The notes under the pieces: generated by a model | Seen by the model: the letters and a program-made list of their open reading frames with translations, nothing else | Told to the model about the DNA's origin: nothing | Databases searched by the model: none | NCBI GenBank assembly: GCA_015064855.1 | Contig: SVRK01000005.1 | Span: 33,747-97,746, forward strand | Length of the DNA: 64,000 nucleotides | Direction: 5' to 3' | From: Oscillospiraceae bacterium | Lineage (GTDB): Bacteria > Bacillota > Clostridia > Oscillospirales > CAG-272 | In this document: piece by piece, positions 63,978-64,000 of the stretch | How the letters are laid out: each line of letters starts with the position of its first letter | How positions within the stretch are numbered: the first letter of the stretch is position 1 | Program-made: the position numbers and the translations under genes

Positions 63978-64000
63978 GGAGAAAAAATTATGATTATTCC

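Overview
This is a 64-kb chromosomal window from an AT-rich, apparently spore-forming Clostridia-type Firmicute. Markers for that call are a GerA/SpoVAF-like protein, a YtvI-like protein, CotH, HPr kinase, mini-RNase III and an ECF transporter module. I support about 54 protein-coding genes and one tRNA-Leu(CAA). I found no rRNA, CRISPR array, transposase, integrase or phage genes, and no recognisable restriction, toxin-antitoxin or other known defence genes. Core blocks are: trpS; ychF flanked by a split two-component system; DUF951-yfhO-ruvA-ruvB with a divergent ruvC; ecfA1-ecfA2-ecfT-truA; two cvpA paralogs plus a ClpC-like ATPase; proS; gdhA; a GH36 alpha-galactosidase; hprK; a heterodimeric ABC exporter; mrnC; a GlpA-like oxidoreductase cluster; and pcrA. 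The non-core part is 40.0-54.1 kb. It holds two paralogous giant surface lipoproteins (BspA-type LRR arrays preceded by Cys3-His ~35-aa repeats), a small XRE regulator, an M23 peptidase, a ThyX-fold protein lacking the ThyX signature, a CDF transporter, a secreted CotH protein and a degenerate nucleotidyltransferase. Five signals are not explained by genes. (1) A perfect (ACAG)19 tract starts at the predicted +1 of a consensus promoter and is followed by a terminator-like hairpin, upstream of the 1339-aa LRR gene. (2) An identical 21-nt GTGAA-N6-GTGAA box lies upstream of both the OmpR-type regulator gene and the distant ABC exporter operon. (3) A pair of 12-14-bp perfect palindromes sits in the XRE/LRR divergent promoter region. 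(4) Perfect in-frame 89-bp and 117-bp duplications occur inside the large LRR gene. (5) Families of GC-rich multi-hairpin dispersed repeats fill five intergenic loci. I cannot show that any of these is a new biological system. The LRR/Cys-repeat surface-protein module with its odd regulatory DNA is the best candidate. All family assignments are by-eye motif recognition without database searches.
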